From: Eledone cirrhosa
Lineage: Eukaryota
DNA length: 64,000 nt
NCBI GenBank assembly: GCA_964016885.1
Contig: OZ024764.1
Span: 12,090,001 to 12,154,000 of the forward strand
Reading direction: 5' to 3'
In this document: piece after piece, positions 1 through 12,379 of the stretch
Numbering within the stretch: position 1 is the stretch's first letter
Layout: each line of letters starts with the position of its first letter
Notes under the pieces: generated by a model
Database searches by the model: none
What the model was told of the DNA's origin: nothing
Seen by the model: the letters and a program-made list of their open reading frames with translations, nothing else
Position numbers and translations under genes: made by a program

Positions 1-24
1 ATATACTCATATATCCATGCATAT

Positions 25-117
<93 letters not shown>

Positions 118-390
118 TGCATGCAAACACACATATGCACGTATACATACATATACACAGCCGTATATACACAACAGTGTATAGGGGTCTGTTGGCGATA
201 GGTGAAGGGGTACAAAGTAAGGGAGCCCATATTTTTCTGTTAGATCAAAAGGACCAAGGATCTGATATAAAGATATGACCTTTCCCTTGTTCTCTCGACT
301 GATGCCATAAACTAGGGACTAGCGTATATATACATATATATATATATATACACCAGTCTGCTATATATATATATACATATACACACCAGT

Positions 391-896
391 CTTTTTTTCA
401 AATACCACTTTGGAAGAAGAATCAGGATGGAGAGAGAGGTGCTGTACCCCAGCAAGTTTTATGAAAGGTGGGTGAAAGTGGCGAGAATGGCCCGAGTGAA
501 TAGGCCTTCTCTCTATATCAGCCTATAGGTTGAGGAAAAGGAGGAGGAGAGGAAAGGAGTACAAACTCTTCGTACTCCTGGAGATGAGGGTTGCACATTA
601 TTTTTTTCGGGGGGTATGTGTTACCCATATGAACTGTCTCCCCCTATTGGGGAAAATCGACTAATTTTTTAAATTCCATTTGTGATAACATTTTACACGT
701 TTTTATTGTATGTAAACTTCCCCCTTTGTATTTGTCCCCTTCTTTTGTGCCCCTGTGGCTAATAAAGAAACATATTTATCTATCTACCTATTTGAAATTG
801 TTTGTTTTTATATTTTTTACACGACTGTATGTAAAATCCCCGGCATGTCTTTGTATTGTCCCCTTTTCTTGTTGCGCCCTTGTGGCTAATAAAGAA

Positions 897-971
<75 letters not shown>

Positions 972-2577
972 ACCCCAGTAAATTTACTGAAAGGTGAGTG
1001 AATGTGGCCAAAATGGCCCGAATGATTAGGCCTTCTCTGTATATAAACCTGTAGATTGAAGAAGAGAGCAAAAGGAAGACAGGAGCACTTGCACAACATG
1101 CTCCTGGAGTTGAGGGTTGTTCTATCTACGGGGTATTAAACAACCCATTTGTAACGCCTCCCCCCTATTGGGGATTTCGATTGTTGAATTTGTATGTTAA
1201 AACTGTTTACATGATTGTATGTAAAATCCCGGCATATGTCTTTGTATTGTGCGCGCTTGTGGCAAATAAAGAAATGTATTTATCTATCTATCTATCTATC
1301 TTAAGGATCCAAAAGTCCCTGGCCTGGCCTGGCAGTGCTACCGAGGAGCTCTACCAGTTCGAGACAAGCTCTACAGACATGGGCGCCCGGGCAGGGACCC
1401 TGCAAAAAAGATCTGTCCGAGGTGCGTGCGAGACGAAGAAACCGTCGCGCACGCATTCATACACTGCCCGGGCGTCACTGACCTGTGGGGATATGTAGAA
1501 CGACTATTGTCGCGGGTGGGACCAATCCAGTTGACCACCGAGTCCATTGTCATGATCAAACCGCCACCCTCCTTCAAAAACGAAGGAGAGGCGGTTTTCC
1601 TTTGTGTGATAGCTATGGCGAAAGAGGTTGTATGGTGGACAAGGTTGAAAGGGCTGAGGTCAGACACCTTTCTCTCCGGCCAACAACTGATTCTTTTTTT
1701 CAAATACCACTTTGGAAGAAGAATCAGGATGGAGAGAGGTGCTGTACCCCAGAAAGTTTTATGAAAGGTGGGTGAAAGTGGCGAGAATGGCCCGAGTGAA
1801 TGGGCCTTCTCTCTATATCAGCCTGTAGATTGAGGAAAAGGAGGAGGAGAGGAAAGGAGTACAAGCTCTTCGTACTCCTGGAGATGAGGGTTGCACATTT
1901 TTTTCGGGGGTATGTGTTACCCATATAAACTGTCTCCCTCTATTGGGGAAAATCGACTAACTTTTAAATTCCATCTGTGATAACATTTTACACGTTTTTA
2001 TTGTATGTAAACTTCCCCCTTTGTATTTGTCCCCTTCTTTTGTGCCCCTGTGGCTAATAAAGAAATATATCTATCTATCTTAAGGATCAAACCGCCAACT
2101 TCTTTCAAAAACGAAAGAGAGGTGGTTTTTTTTCTGTACAGTGGCTATGGTGGACGAGATTGAGAAGACTGAGGACAGATGCCTTTCTCTCCGAACAACA
2201 ACTGCTTCCCTTCTTTAGGTACCACTTTAGAAGGAGAATCAGAGTGGAGAGAGAGAGACACTGCACCCCAGTAAATTTACTGAGAGGTGGGTGAATGTAG
2301 TAAACATGGCCCGAATGATTGGGCCTTCTCTGTATATAAACCTGTAGGTTGAAGAAGAGAGCAAAAGGAAGACAGGAGCACTTGCACAACATGTTCCTCG
2401 AGTTGAGGGTTGTTCTATCTACGGGGTATTAAACAACCCATTTGTAACGCCTCCCCCCTATTGGGGATTTCGATTGTTGAATTTGTATGTTAACATTTTT
2501 TACACGACTGTATGTAAAATCCCCGGCATATGTCTTTGTATTGTCCCCTTTCTTATGCGCCCTTGTGGCAAATAAAG

Positions 2578-2582
<5 letters not shown>
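391..2582 (+). mobile_element. Head-to-tail stack of five 5'-truncated L1/Tx1-like LINE 3' ends (about 391-788, 790-970, 971-1300, 1310-2080, 2081-2582) from two subfamilies
   Basis: Repeated 3' ORF end and 3' UTR, each ending AATAAAGAAA plus an (ATCT)n or (TC)n tail. The longest copy encodes W..YRGALPVRDKL..G..CPRC..DEETVAHAFIHCP, the CCHC zf-RVT C-terminus of L1/Tx1 ORF2. Confidence 0.8.
1310..1828 (+). pseudogene. Frameshifted C-terminal fragment of LINE ORF2 (zf-RVT region)
   Basis: CPRCVRDEETVAHAFIHCPGVTDLW motif. A 5-bp cctgg duplication near 1320 and a 2-bp loss near 1735 break the frame relative to the sister copies (EREVLYPSKF/EREALHPSKF...RW). Confidence 0.75.
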
Positions 2583-2949
<367 letters not shown>

Positions 2950-2951
2950 GA

Positions 2952-3068
2952 AGGCGTGTGGCTGAGTGGTTAGAGAATTGGATTCGCAATCGTGAGGTTG
3001 TGAGTTCGATTCCTGGACCAGGCGATGCGTTATGTCCTTGAGCAAGACACTTTATTTCACGTTGCTCC
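2952..3068 (+). mobile_element. tRNA-derived CORE-type SINE, 5' part
   Basis: A box TGGCTGAGTGG, B box GAGTTCGATTCC, then CORE-like gtccttgagcaagacactttatttcacgttgctcc. Homologous to the 3' portion (in + coordinates) of 13530-13945. Confidence 0.75.
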
Positions 3069-3694
3069 TTCTACCTGGAGTTGCGACCGATAGATAGTAT
3101 TAGCAATTGGAAAGACCAACGGAAACATTGTTCCCTCGGTCCGATTCGACGAAAGTCGATCGTTTTTCTATTTTCTATATATATAGTTATCGCTCAAGGC
3201 ATTCTGATCAACTAAATCAAGGCTGTGCCCCAGTATGGCCGCAGTTTAATGAGTGAAACCAGTAACAGAAATAAAACAAATAATAGAAACAAAGAAGCAA
3301 AGGAGCAACAGTTAACAACGCCGTCGGTTGGAGGTCTAGCGGGGTGTGGAAGGGATCTCTACTATTTAGCAAATAGATTCAGGGGAGATGAGGGGAACTC
3401 GGGGTCTGGAAAGAATGCTTTTCTTGTATTTAATGTCAGTAAATATGCTGTGATCTGTGATATTGTCAGTTGGATGGGGGGGAGAGTGCCTAGAGTGTTT
3501 AAGTGGTGGTGGTGGCGGCGGTGGAGGGTTAAGGTCCATACACACGCACACAGACCCCTGGGTGGTAGAGGAGTGAGGTGGGGCTGGGAGGTGATAAGGC
3601 GAGGGTGGCAAGGGGGCCCCCCGTATCCTAAGTAAAGGATTCCGACATCCTTTATAGATATTTATAGGAGAAATTTAGTAGAGGGTAATTTGTA

Positions 3695-3713
3695 GTGTGT
3701 ATGTATATATATG

Positions 3714-3806
<93 letters not shown>

Positions 3807-3836
3807 GTATATATGTATATATTTGTATGTATTTGG

Positions 3837-3867
<31 letters not shown>

Positions 3868-3882
3868 CTATATATCTATATG

Positions 3883-3949
<67 letters not shown>

Positions 3950-4040
3950 GTATGTATATATGTATATATTTGTATGTATTTGGTATATATATATATATGA
4001 ATATTTTTGTTTCTACGTATATATATATGTATAAATGTGG

Positions 4041-4111
<71 letters not shown>

Positions 4112-4277
4112 CATGATATATATAAGGGTGTATATATATATATATACACTCTTATATATCATTGGCTTTTGTTTGTTATCTACTCCTAGTCTTTCACTAC
4201 CATCATTCACTTTCATTCTCAATTCTTCTACACACGCACACACACACACACACAGCCGCACACAGCCGCACACACAT

Positions 4278-4308
<31 letters not shown>

Positions 4309-4833
4309 AGCACATCTCCATATATATACGCTTTCTCGTTTTATCTAAGTTTTCTGTGTACATACGTATATATCTCTGTCTGTCTGTCTGTCTGTATGTA
4401 TGTATGTATGTCTGTATGTATGTATGTGTGTGTGTATGTATGTATGTGTGTGTGAATGTATGTATGTATGTATGTATGTATGTATGTATGTGTGTGTGAA
4501 TGTATGTATGTATGTATGTATGTATTTATGTATGTATGTATGTATGTGTGTGTGAATGTATGTATGTATGTATGTATGTATGTATGCGTGTATGTATGTA
4601 TGTATGTGTGTGTGTATGTGTGTATGTATGTATGTGTGTATGTATGTATGTGTGTGTGTGAATGTATGTGTGCATGTATGTATATAATATATATATATAT
4701 ATATGATATATATATATATTGGTGTTGGTTGTCTAAGTCTAGACATTTTCTTCATCACTCACTCTCCGACTTTTACTACACGCATACACATATATACATA
4801 TATACATATATACATATATACATATATACATAT

Positions 4834-4905
<72 letters not shown>

Positions 4906-4910
4906 CATAT

Positions 4911-4942
<32 letters not shown>

Positions 4943-4949
4943 TATATAC

Positions 4950-4982
<33 letters not shown>

Positions 4983-5289
4983 CATATATATATACATATA
5001 TATACATATATACATATATATACATACATACACACACACGCACACACATGAGTGACGAAAGAACTTTGATAGACTATATATATGTGTATATATATATCAT
5101 ATATATATATATATATATTTGTATATATATATATACGTTTATATATATATATGTATATATATGTATATATATGTATGTATATGTATATATATGTATGTAT
5201 ATATATATATATGTATATATATATATGTATGTATATATATATATTTATATATATATATATGTATATATATATATGTATGTATATATATA

Positions 5290-5330
<41 letters not shown>

Positions 5331-5336
5331 GCATAC

Positions 5337-5381
<45 letters not shown>

Positions 5382-5411
5382 TACATATTTATATACACAC
5401 ACACATGTATG

Positions 5412-5445
<34 letters not shown>

Positions 5446-5480
5446 TATACATATAATTTATATATATATATATACATATA

Positions 5481-5558
<78 letters not shown>

Positions 5559-5560
5559 AC
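3695..5560. repeat. Compound (TA)n/(TGTA)n/(CA)n microsatellite block
   Basis: Directly visible. Similar blocks at 20750-24560, 29520-30320, 37600-38160, 44540-46960, 50040-51960 and 61790-64000. Confidence 0.95.
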
Positions 5561-5898
5561 AAAATATAGGAGTAACTAAGAATTCTTTAAATAACTTAAC
5601 TAGCATTTTGGTTAGTTTGTCTGATATTTGTTCGTTGAAATCTTTCGAGATTAATGTGTCTCGATGTGTATAAATGTCACTATTAATGGCGTGGAATTTG
5701 TTTTGGTGTAACTTTAGAATATACAATCCTATGTTGTCTGAAATTTCTGCGGTGATATTGCCTCCCATACTTACAGCGAGCAGTTGTGTCGAACAGTTTT
5801 GTTTTCCCTTGTTATCTTGCTTTCTTTCTAGCCGTATGGTATTGAAGAAAAGAAAGCATTTTCCAGTGTATGTTATTGGTCGTATATTTGTATATGAA

Positions 5899-5959
<61 letters not shown>

Positions 5960-5966
<7 letters not shown>

Positions 5967-6226
5967 GTTTGAATATGTGTAATAAGGCCAAAACAATGCA
6001 GGTATGGACATAGAAAAAGAATGCAATAGTAAAAGATATTGTTGAGAATTCGTCTTTCACCTTGAATTTATTTAAATAAATTCAAGGTGAAAGACGAATT
6101 CTCAACAATATCTTTTACTATTGCATTCTTTTTCTATGTCCATACCTGCATTGTTTTGGCCTTATTACACATATTCAAACGTTTATACCTCATTACACAA
6201 TGCTTCAAGTGAACTATAACCTCCTC

Positions 6227-6230
<4 letters not shown>
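5960..6230 (+). mobile_element. Short PLE family-A 3' end as a perfect palindrome (5960-6187, centre 6073/6074) plus 43-nt tail, in (TA)n
   Basis: Homologous to 12175-12332 of the full PLE. The arms are exact reverse complements around ATTT|AAAT. Confidence 0.92.
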
Positions 6231-6269
<39 letters not shown>

Positions 6270-6570
6270 AGTAATAGTAAATGTGAAGACTAAAATCCGA
6301 AGAGGGCTCGATAAGGATAATGTACATATATATACATACATACACACACACGCACACACATGTGTGACGAAAGAACTTTGATAGACTATATATACATATA
6401 TATATTTATATCTGTATTTTTTAACCGTTGGTCAATCAATGATAAACGTTGATTGCCAAATAAAATAACTATGGAGATATAAATGATACAGAAGCGAAAA
6501 CCACCCAAACAGTGAATATGTTCTGTTATTATTTCTGGCAATATTATTACAACAATATGACCCTCCCCAA

Positions 6571-6602
<32 letters not shown>

Positions 6603-6664
6603 CAAATATTTGTTATAAGAATATATTAAAGTTTAAGCAAAGAATCGCTGTTATCACCCTTAAA

Positions 6665-7425
6665 GGTTAAACCGGCTCTATCTGGCCAGAATTCTCTCAT
6701 CATTTTTTGTTCAAACAGGCTGTAACCAGCTACTCATACTGATATTAAGGTATTGTTCTCAGGATTAATAATATCAAAACCTCATAGATTCAATATTATG
6801 TGAAATAATTATGTGAGGTAAAGCCTTGAAAATACAATAGTATATATAGAGTAATGTAAATGTTATGTGAGATATTATGTGAGGTAAAGCCTTTACTGTG
6901 ACAATACAATAGTATATATAGAGTAATGTAAATGTTATGTGAGGTAAAGACTTTACTGTGACAATACAATAGTATATATAGAGTAATGTAAATGTTATGT
7001 GAGATATTATGTAAGGTAAAGCCTTTACTGTGACAATACAATAGTATATATATAGAGTATTGTAAATGTTATGTGAGATATTATGTGAGGTAAAGCCTTT
7101 ACTGTGACAATACAATAGTATATATAGAGTAATGTAAATGTTATGTGAGGTAAAGACTTTACTGTGACAATACAATAGTATATATAGAGTAATGTAAATG
7201 TTATATGAGATATTATGTAAGGTAAAGCCTTTACTGTGACAATACAATAGTATATATAGAGTAATGTAAATGTTATGTGAGATATGTGAGGTAAAGCCTT
7301 TACTGTGAAAATATAATAGTATATATAGAGTAATGTAAATGTTATGTGAGATATTATGTGAGGTAAAGCCTTTACTGTGAAAATATAATAGAATATATAG
7401 AGTAATGTAAATGCTAAAGGGTTAA
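6665..7425. mobile_element. Possible piggyBac-like MITE with an internal ~60/72-bp tandem expansion (6796-7412)
   Basis: Right end AATGCTAAAGGG-TTAA is a piggyBac-type terminus with TTAA; the left end is degenerate. Internal repeat attatgtgaggtaaagcctttactgtgacaatacaatagtatatatagagtaatgtaaatg occurs about 9 times. Confidence 0.5.
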
Positions 7426-7730
7426 AGGGGACTATAGGGGGACATGTTCCCTAGTACCACGATTCTCTCACTACTCACTCAATAGGACAAACTCTAAACG
7501 TATTTTATCTTGCCAATCTGTCCTCGGGGTGATTTCCAAGGGTTATTTGTAATGGCTGCAGTTACACATTTTCCCAGACCCTGGTTTCCACGATACAGAC
7601 TGATCAGATAATTGCATTTGCAGCTTGTTTTTCACAGTGGCTGCACAGTGCATTATACACAGTTCATTAACTACATCGGTTTTATTAAGGGGCTACTTAT
7701 CGTCACGGACTACTGCAGCCGTATTATAGG

Positions 7731-7867
<137 letters not shown>

Positions 7868-7932
7868 AATATATTTAAATATATTTATATATATGTATTT
7901 AAATACATATTTATATATATATATATATCTAA

Positions 7933-7989
<57 letters not shown>

Positions 7990-8273
7990 TGTATGTATGT
8001 ATATATATATATATAGTTAAGTGCTTTTATACATATATAGTTAAATATATTTATATATATGTATTTAAATATATTTATATATATGTATTTAAATACATAT
8101 TTATATATATGTGTTTAAATACATGTTTATATATATATATATCTAAATATATATATATATATATTTATTTTTCCTAAATCTTTCGTTAACTACTTTTCCC
8201 ATCTTGACGTTATAGTCGCATATATGTTATAGAATGCCGTTAGCTTCTTGCTAAAACAATCTCTATACCTCTC

Positions 8274-8321
<48 letters not shown>

Positions 8322-8846
8322 GTTAGAATATATGTAATAAGGCCAAGACAATGCAGATATGGACATAGAAAAAAGAATGCAATAGTGAGAGATATTGATG
8401 AGAATTCGTCTTTCACCTTGAATTTATTTAAATGTCCTTAATTTTCGAGATAATATCTCTTCTTCGGAGGGAAGTAAAAGTCTCAGACCAGCGTCTTAAA
8501 TTTCCAATGAAGCCATGCTGACCGGAAATAGTATAGAGTTCTAACTTTAATATCAAAGAATTAAAATTAGGTGGGTAAAGAGTAGTCTCCCTTTAAGAGG
8601 GGTTTGTTTATGTTTTTGTTGTGTTTTTTAAATTTTATATGCGTGCCTGTATATGTGTGTGGGAGAAAGCATGAAGGTGTAGGTATGTGTGTGTGTGAGT
8701 GTGGGAAGATAGGTCTAATCGTAAAAGTGGGGGGTAGGTGTTATCTGGTGTTAGAACTGGTTTTGTGTGTGTATGTGTGAGAGAGAATAAGTGGAGGTGT
8801 GTGCGTGCGTGTGTGTGGGGTGTGTAAAGTGGGGCTAGAGGCCCTA

Positions 8847-10304
8847 TCAGGTTATAAATTGGGTGTTGAGCTCTAGTCTATTATTGATTGGTGGATGTGT
8901 TCTATCTATAATGAGTGCTTCCTTGATTCTAAGATTACCGAGGTTTCTTTCTTTAGTTTCTATCCTAACTGTTATGTTTTTATCAGTGTTTTTGCATTTA
9001 ACTAGGTGTTTCTTAAATGAGGAAGCGTTAGTATTGAGGTGTTCTTTTATTCTTATGTGGAGTGGTCTGGTGGTGCTACCTACGTAGAAGTTGTTGCATT
9101 TGTCACACTCTAGTCTGTAAACTACGTAAGCCTGGTGGCATAGGTCTGTGTCGTTGATGGGGCAGTTGGCTAGTCTGCAGCAGTTGTCATGTCTGGTGGA
9201 GTGTCTCTTAGCTAGCCGTCCACGCAAAGAAGGACCCGAAAGGGCCAGTTGAATATCCAGACCTTCTCGTCTGATGGCTCTGCGGATGGCTGTTGTTGTT
9301 TCTTCACTGAAGTGTGGGAGCTTCAGGAAGCAAGTGTTAGTGCCTCGGGTGTGGTGTCCTCTGTTCTTTCTGGCACGGTTTGTGGTGGATGTCGTGTATC
9401 CGTTCAGTTTGAGTACTTCCAGGAAATGTGTGGTGTGTGTGTCTCGGTCTCTGGCGTCGGTGCATTTGTTCTTGATACGTGCCAGTTCGTTCTTTATGTA
9501 TCCGAACTTGGCACCGAGTGGGAGGGCCGATCTGAAATGTACGAACAGGTCCCTGCTGGCGGATTTTTTATAGAAGCAGGTGTGGATGTTGCCTTCCTCT
9601 GTTACCCTGAGTTGGAAGTCCAGCAGGGATAGGGATCCGCGGTCATCGGGGTGTTCTATGCTGAACTTTATACTGGCGTCCATGCTGGAGAATGTTGTGT
9701 ATATTTTCTCTGCCTCTTCACGGGATGATGTAAGGATGAGTATGTCATCTACATATCGGGTGAAGAAGGCATGGGAATGGCAGGTGTTGAGGGCTCGGCA
9801 TTCTAGCTGGTTCATGTAAGTGATGGCCAGCAGGCCAGAGAGGCTGGATCCCATGGGTAATCCTGTTGTCTGTCTGTATGTGTGGTGGTGGAAGGTGAAG
9901 TACGTGTTGTCTACTGTGAAGGACAAAAGTTGGTGTATGTCCGTCGGGTGGAGGCCGTAGCAGTGGATGTTCTCTGCGACCACGCAGTCCGTCAATAAAT
10001 CGACAGCTGGGTGAGCGGGGACTGTAGTGTAGAGGGAGACAACGTCGAGGCTAAAAGCGTATTTATTAAGTTTAAGTTGTTCTGGCTGGAGTTGGTGTAA
10101 TCTACGTATAACTTCGTCGGAGCTACTGACATGTCCGGGGAAGGTGGAGAGTAGAGGCTTGAGGACCTGGGAGAGAAGCCAGGAAATTTTGTATAGGGGT
10201 CCTTCTATGCTAGAGACGATGGGTCTTATATGCGTCTTAGTGCTATTCTTGTGGGTCTTGATGAGGTGGTAGAAAGTGGGCAGTCTGCTATTTCTAGTGG
10301 TGTA
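8847..10304 (-). CDS. PLE RT + GIY-YIG endonuclease, 5'-truncated (left arm)
   Basis: Frame is open from the fold point: PTFYHLIKTHK..RPIVS, SLDVVSLYTTVP, QTTGLPMGSSLS, RYVDDI, LLDF; Cys linker CCRLANCP; VVYRLECDKCNNFYVGSTTRPLHIRIKEH...KEALII..PPIN. No start codon, N-terminus missing. Confidence 0.9.
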   Translation of the reverse strand, partial: YTTRNSRLPTFYHLIKTHKNSTKTHIRPIVSSIEGPLYKISWLLSQVLKPLLSTFPGHVSSSDEVIRRLHQLQPEQLKLNKYAFSLDVVSLYTTVPAHPAVDLLTDCVVAENIHCYGLHPTDIHQLLSFTVDNTYFTFHHHTYRQTTGLPMGSSLSGLLAITYMNQLECRALNTCHSHAFFTRYVDDILILTSSREEAEKIYTTFSSMDASIKFSIEHPDDRGSLSLLDFQLRVTEEGNIHTCFYKKSASRDLFVHFRSALPLGAKFGYIKNELARIKNKCTDARDRDTHTTHFLEVLKLNGYTTSTTNRARKNRGHHTRGTNTCFLKLPHFSEETTTAIRRAIRREGLDIQLALSGPSLRGRLAKRHSTRHDNCCRLANCPINDTDLCHQAYVVYRLECDKCNNFYVGSTTRPLHIRIKEHLNTNASSFKKHLVKCKNTDKNITVRIETKERNLGNLRIKEALIIDRTHPPINNRLELNTQFIT

Positions 10305-10308
10305 GTTC

Positions 10309-11760
10309 TACACCACTAGAAATAGCAGACTGCCCACTTTCTACCACCTCATCAAGACCCACAAGAATAAGACGCATATAAGACCCATCGTCTCTAGCAT
10401 AGAAGGACCCCTATACAAAATTTCCTGGCTTCTCTCCCAGGTCCTCAAGCCTCTACTCTCCACCTTCCCCGGACATGTCAGTAGCTCCGACGAAGTTATA
10501 CGTAGATTACACCAACTCCAGCCAGAACAACTTAAACTTAATAAATACGCTTTTAGCCTCGACGTTGTCTCCCTCTACACTACAGTCCCCGCTCACCCAG
10601 CTGTCGATTTATTGACGGACTGCGTGGTCGCAGAGAACATCCACTGCTACGGCCTCCACCCGACGGACATACACCAACTTTTGTCCTTCACAGTAGACAA
10701 CACGTACTTCACCTTCTACCACCACACATACAGACAGACAACAGGATTACCCATGGGATCCAGCCTCTCTGGCCTGCTGGCCATCACTTACATGAACCAG
10801 CTAGAATGCCGAGCCCTCAACACCTGCCATTCCCATGCCTTCTTCACCCGATATGTAGATGACATACTCATCCTTACATCATCCCGTGAAGAGGCAGAGA
10901 AAATATACACAACATTCTCCAGCATGGACGCCAGTATAAAGTTCAGCATAGAACACCCCGATGACCGCGGATCCCTATCCCTGCTGGACTTCCAACTCAG
11001 GGTAACAGAGGAAGGCAACATCCACACCTGCTTCTATAAAAAATCCGCCAGCAGGGACCTGTTCGTACATTTCAGATCGGCCCTCCCACTCGGTGCCAAG
11101 TTCGGATACATAAAGAACGAACTGGCACGTATCAAGAACAAATGCACCGACGCCAGAGACCGAGACACACACACCACACATTTCCTGGAAGTACTCAAAC
11201 TGAACGGATACACGACATCCACCACAAACCGTGCCAGAAAGAACAGAGGACACCACACCCGAGGCACTAACACTTGCTTCCTGAAGCTCCCACACTTCAG
11301 TGAAGAAACAACAACAGCCATCCGCAGAGCCATCAGACGAGAAGGTCTGGATATTCAACTGGCCCTTTCGGGTCCTTCTTTGCGTGGACGGCTAGCTAAG
11401 AGACACTCCACCAGACATGACAACTGCTGCAGACTAGCCAACTGCCCCATCAACGACACAGACCTATGCCACCAGGCTTACGTAGTTTACAGACTAGAGT
11501 GTGACAAATGCAACAACTTCTACGTAGGTAGCACCACCAGACCACTCCACATAAGAATAAAAGAACACCTCAATACTAACGCTTCCTCATTTAAGAAACA
11601 CCTAGTTAAATGCAAAAACACTGATAAAAACATAACAGTTAGGATAGAAACTAAAGAAAGAAACCTCGGTAATCTTAGAATCAAGGAAGCACTCATTATA
11701 GATAGAACACATCCACCAATCAATAATAGACTAGAGCTCAACACCCAATTTATAACCTGA
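10309..11760 (+). CDS. PLE RT + GIY-YIG endonuclease, 5'-truncated (right arm)
   Basis: Same motifs as the left arm. The frame extends 101 codons upstream of the track's TTG start (10612) to the fold, with an in-frame TAG at 10303-10305. Confidence 0.9.
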   Translation, partial: YTTRNSRLPTFYHLIKTHKNKTHIRPIVSSIEGPLYKISWLLSQVLKPLLSTFPGHVSSSDEVIRRLHQLQPEQLKLNKYAFSLDVVSLYTTVPAHPAVDLLTDCVVAENIHCYGLHPTDIHQLLSFTVDNTYFTFYHHTYRQTTGLPMGSSLSGLLAITYMNQLECRALNTCHSHAFFTRYVDDILILTSSREEAEKIYTTFSSMDASIKFSIEHPDDRGSLSLLDFQLRVTEEGNIHTCFYKKSASRDLFVHFRSALPLGAKFGYIKNELARIKNKCTDARDRDTHTTHFLEVLKLNGYTTSTTNRARKNRGHHTRGTNTCFLKLPHFSEETTTAIRRAIRREGLDIQLALSGPSLRGRLAKRHSTRHDNCCRLANCPINDTDLCHQAYVVYRLECDKCNNFYVGSTTRPLHIRIKEHLNTNASSFKKHLVKCKNTDKNITVRIETKERNLGNLRIKEALIIDRTHPPINNRLELNTQFIT

Positions 11761-12136
11761 TAGGGCCTCTAGCCCCACTTTACACACCCCACACACACGC
11801 ACGCACACACCTCCACTTATTCTCTCTCACACATACACACACAAAACCAGTTCTAACACCAGATAACACCTACCCCCCACTTTTACGATTAGACCTATCT
11901 TCCCACACTCACACACACACATACCTACACCTTCATGCTTTCTCCCACACACATATACAGGCACGCATATAAAATTTAAAAAACACAACAAAAACATAAA
12001 CAAACCCCTCTTAAAGGGAGACTACTCTTTACCCACCTAATTTTAATTCTTTGATATTAAAGTTAGAACTCTATACTATTTCCGGTCAGCATGGCTTCAT
12101 TGGAAATTTAAGACGCTGGTCTGAGACTTTTACTTC

Positions 12137-12172
12137 CCTCCGAAGAAGAGATATTATCTCGAAAATTAAGGA
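12137..12172 (+). ncRNA. Minimal type-I hammerhead-like motif in the PLE 3' region (mirror copy about 8435-8470 on -)
   Basis: cct-CCGAAGA-a-GAGAT att ATCTC-GAAA-AT-TA-agg. Core has U4->C, very short stems I and III. Confidence 0.55.
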
Positions 12173-12330
12173 CATTTAAATAAATTCAAGGTGAAAGACG
12201 AATTCTCATCAATATCTCTCACTATTGCATTCTTTTTTCTATGTCCATATCTGCATTGTCTTGGCCTTATTACATATATTCTAACGTTTATACCTCATTA
12301 CACAATGCTTCAAGTGAACTATAACCTCCT

Positions 12331-12379
<49 letters not shown>

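Larger units (their letters stand above)
8315..12332. mobile_element. Penelope-like element as a ~4-kb head-to-head palindrome (arms 8315-10305 and 10308-12292, 2-nt loop TT) plus a 40-nt unpaired 3' tail, in (TA)n
   Basis: The arms are reverse complements. Visible differences are a 6-bp in-frame indel (HKNSTKTH vs HKNKTH) and one C/T change (FHHH vs FYHH). Flanked by (TA)n on both sides. Confidence 0.95.

Noticed and set aside
2952-3020. tRNA genes at the SINE heads (also 13870-13945, 16835, 60838)
   Set aside because: A and B boxes are present, but there is no complete cloverleaf and they run directly into SINE body sequence.
5567-5900. Minus-strand FLFFN...[12 protein letters not shown] as a decayed RT motif B
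   Set aside because: The resemblance is too weak and no YxDD follows; not supportable without a profile search.
8863-11744. Short antisense or overlapping ORFs within the PLE arms
   Set aside because: Shadow frames of the RT-EN ORF, duplicated only because of the palindrome.
8847-11760. Functional autonomous PLE, or a selenocysteine-encoding Naiad-type element
   Set aside because: Both ORFs are cut at the fold with an immediate upstream stop and no start. The EN is C-terminal and there are no in-frame TGA codons.
8315-12292. Palindrome as a pure sequencing fold-back artefact
   Set aside because: Not favoured: the arms differ by a clean 6-bp indel and a substitution, the flanks differ, and an independent small copy has identical outer breakpoints. 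It cannot be formally excluded without reads.
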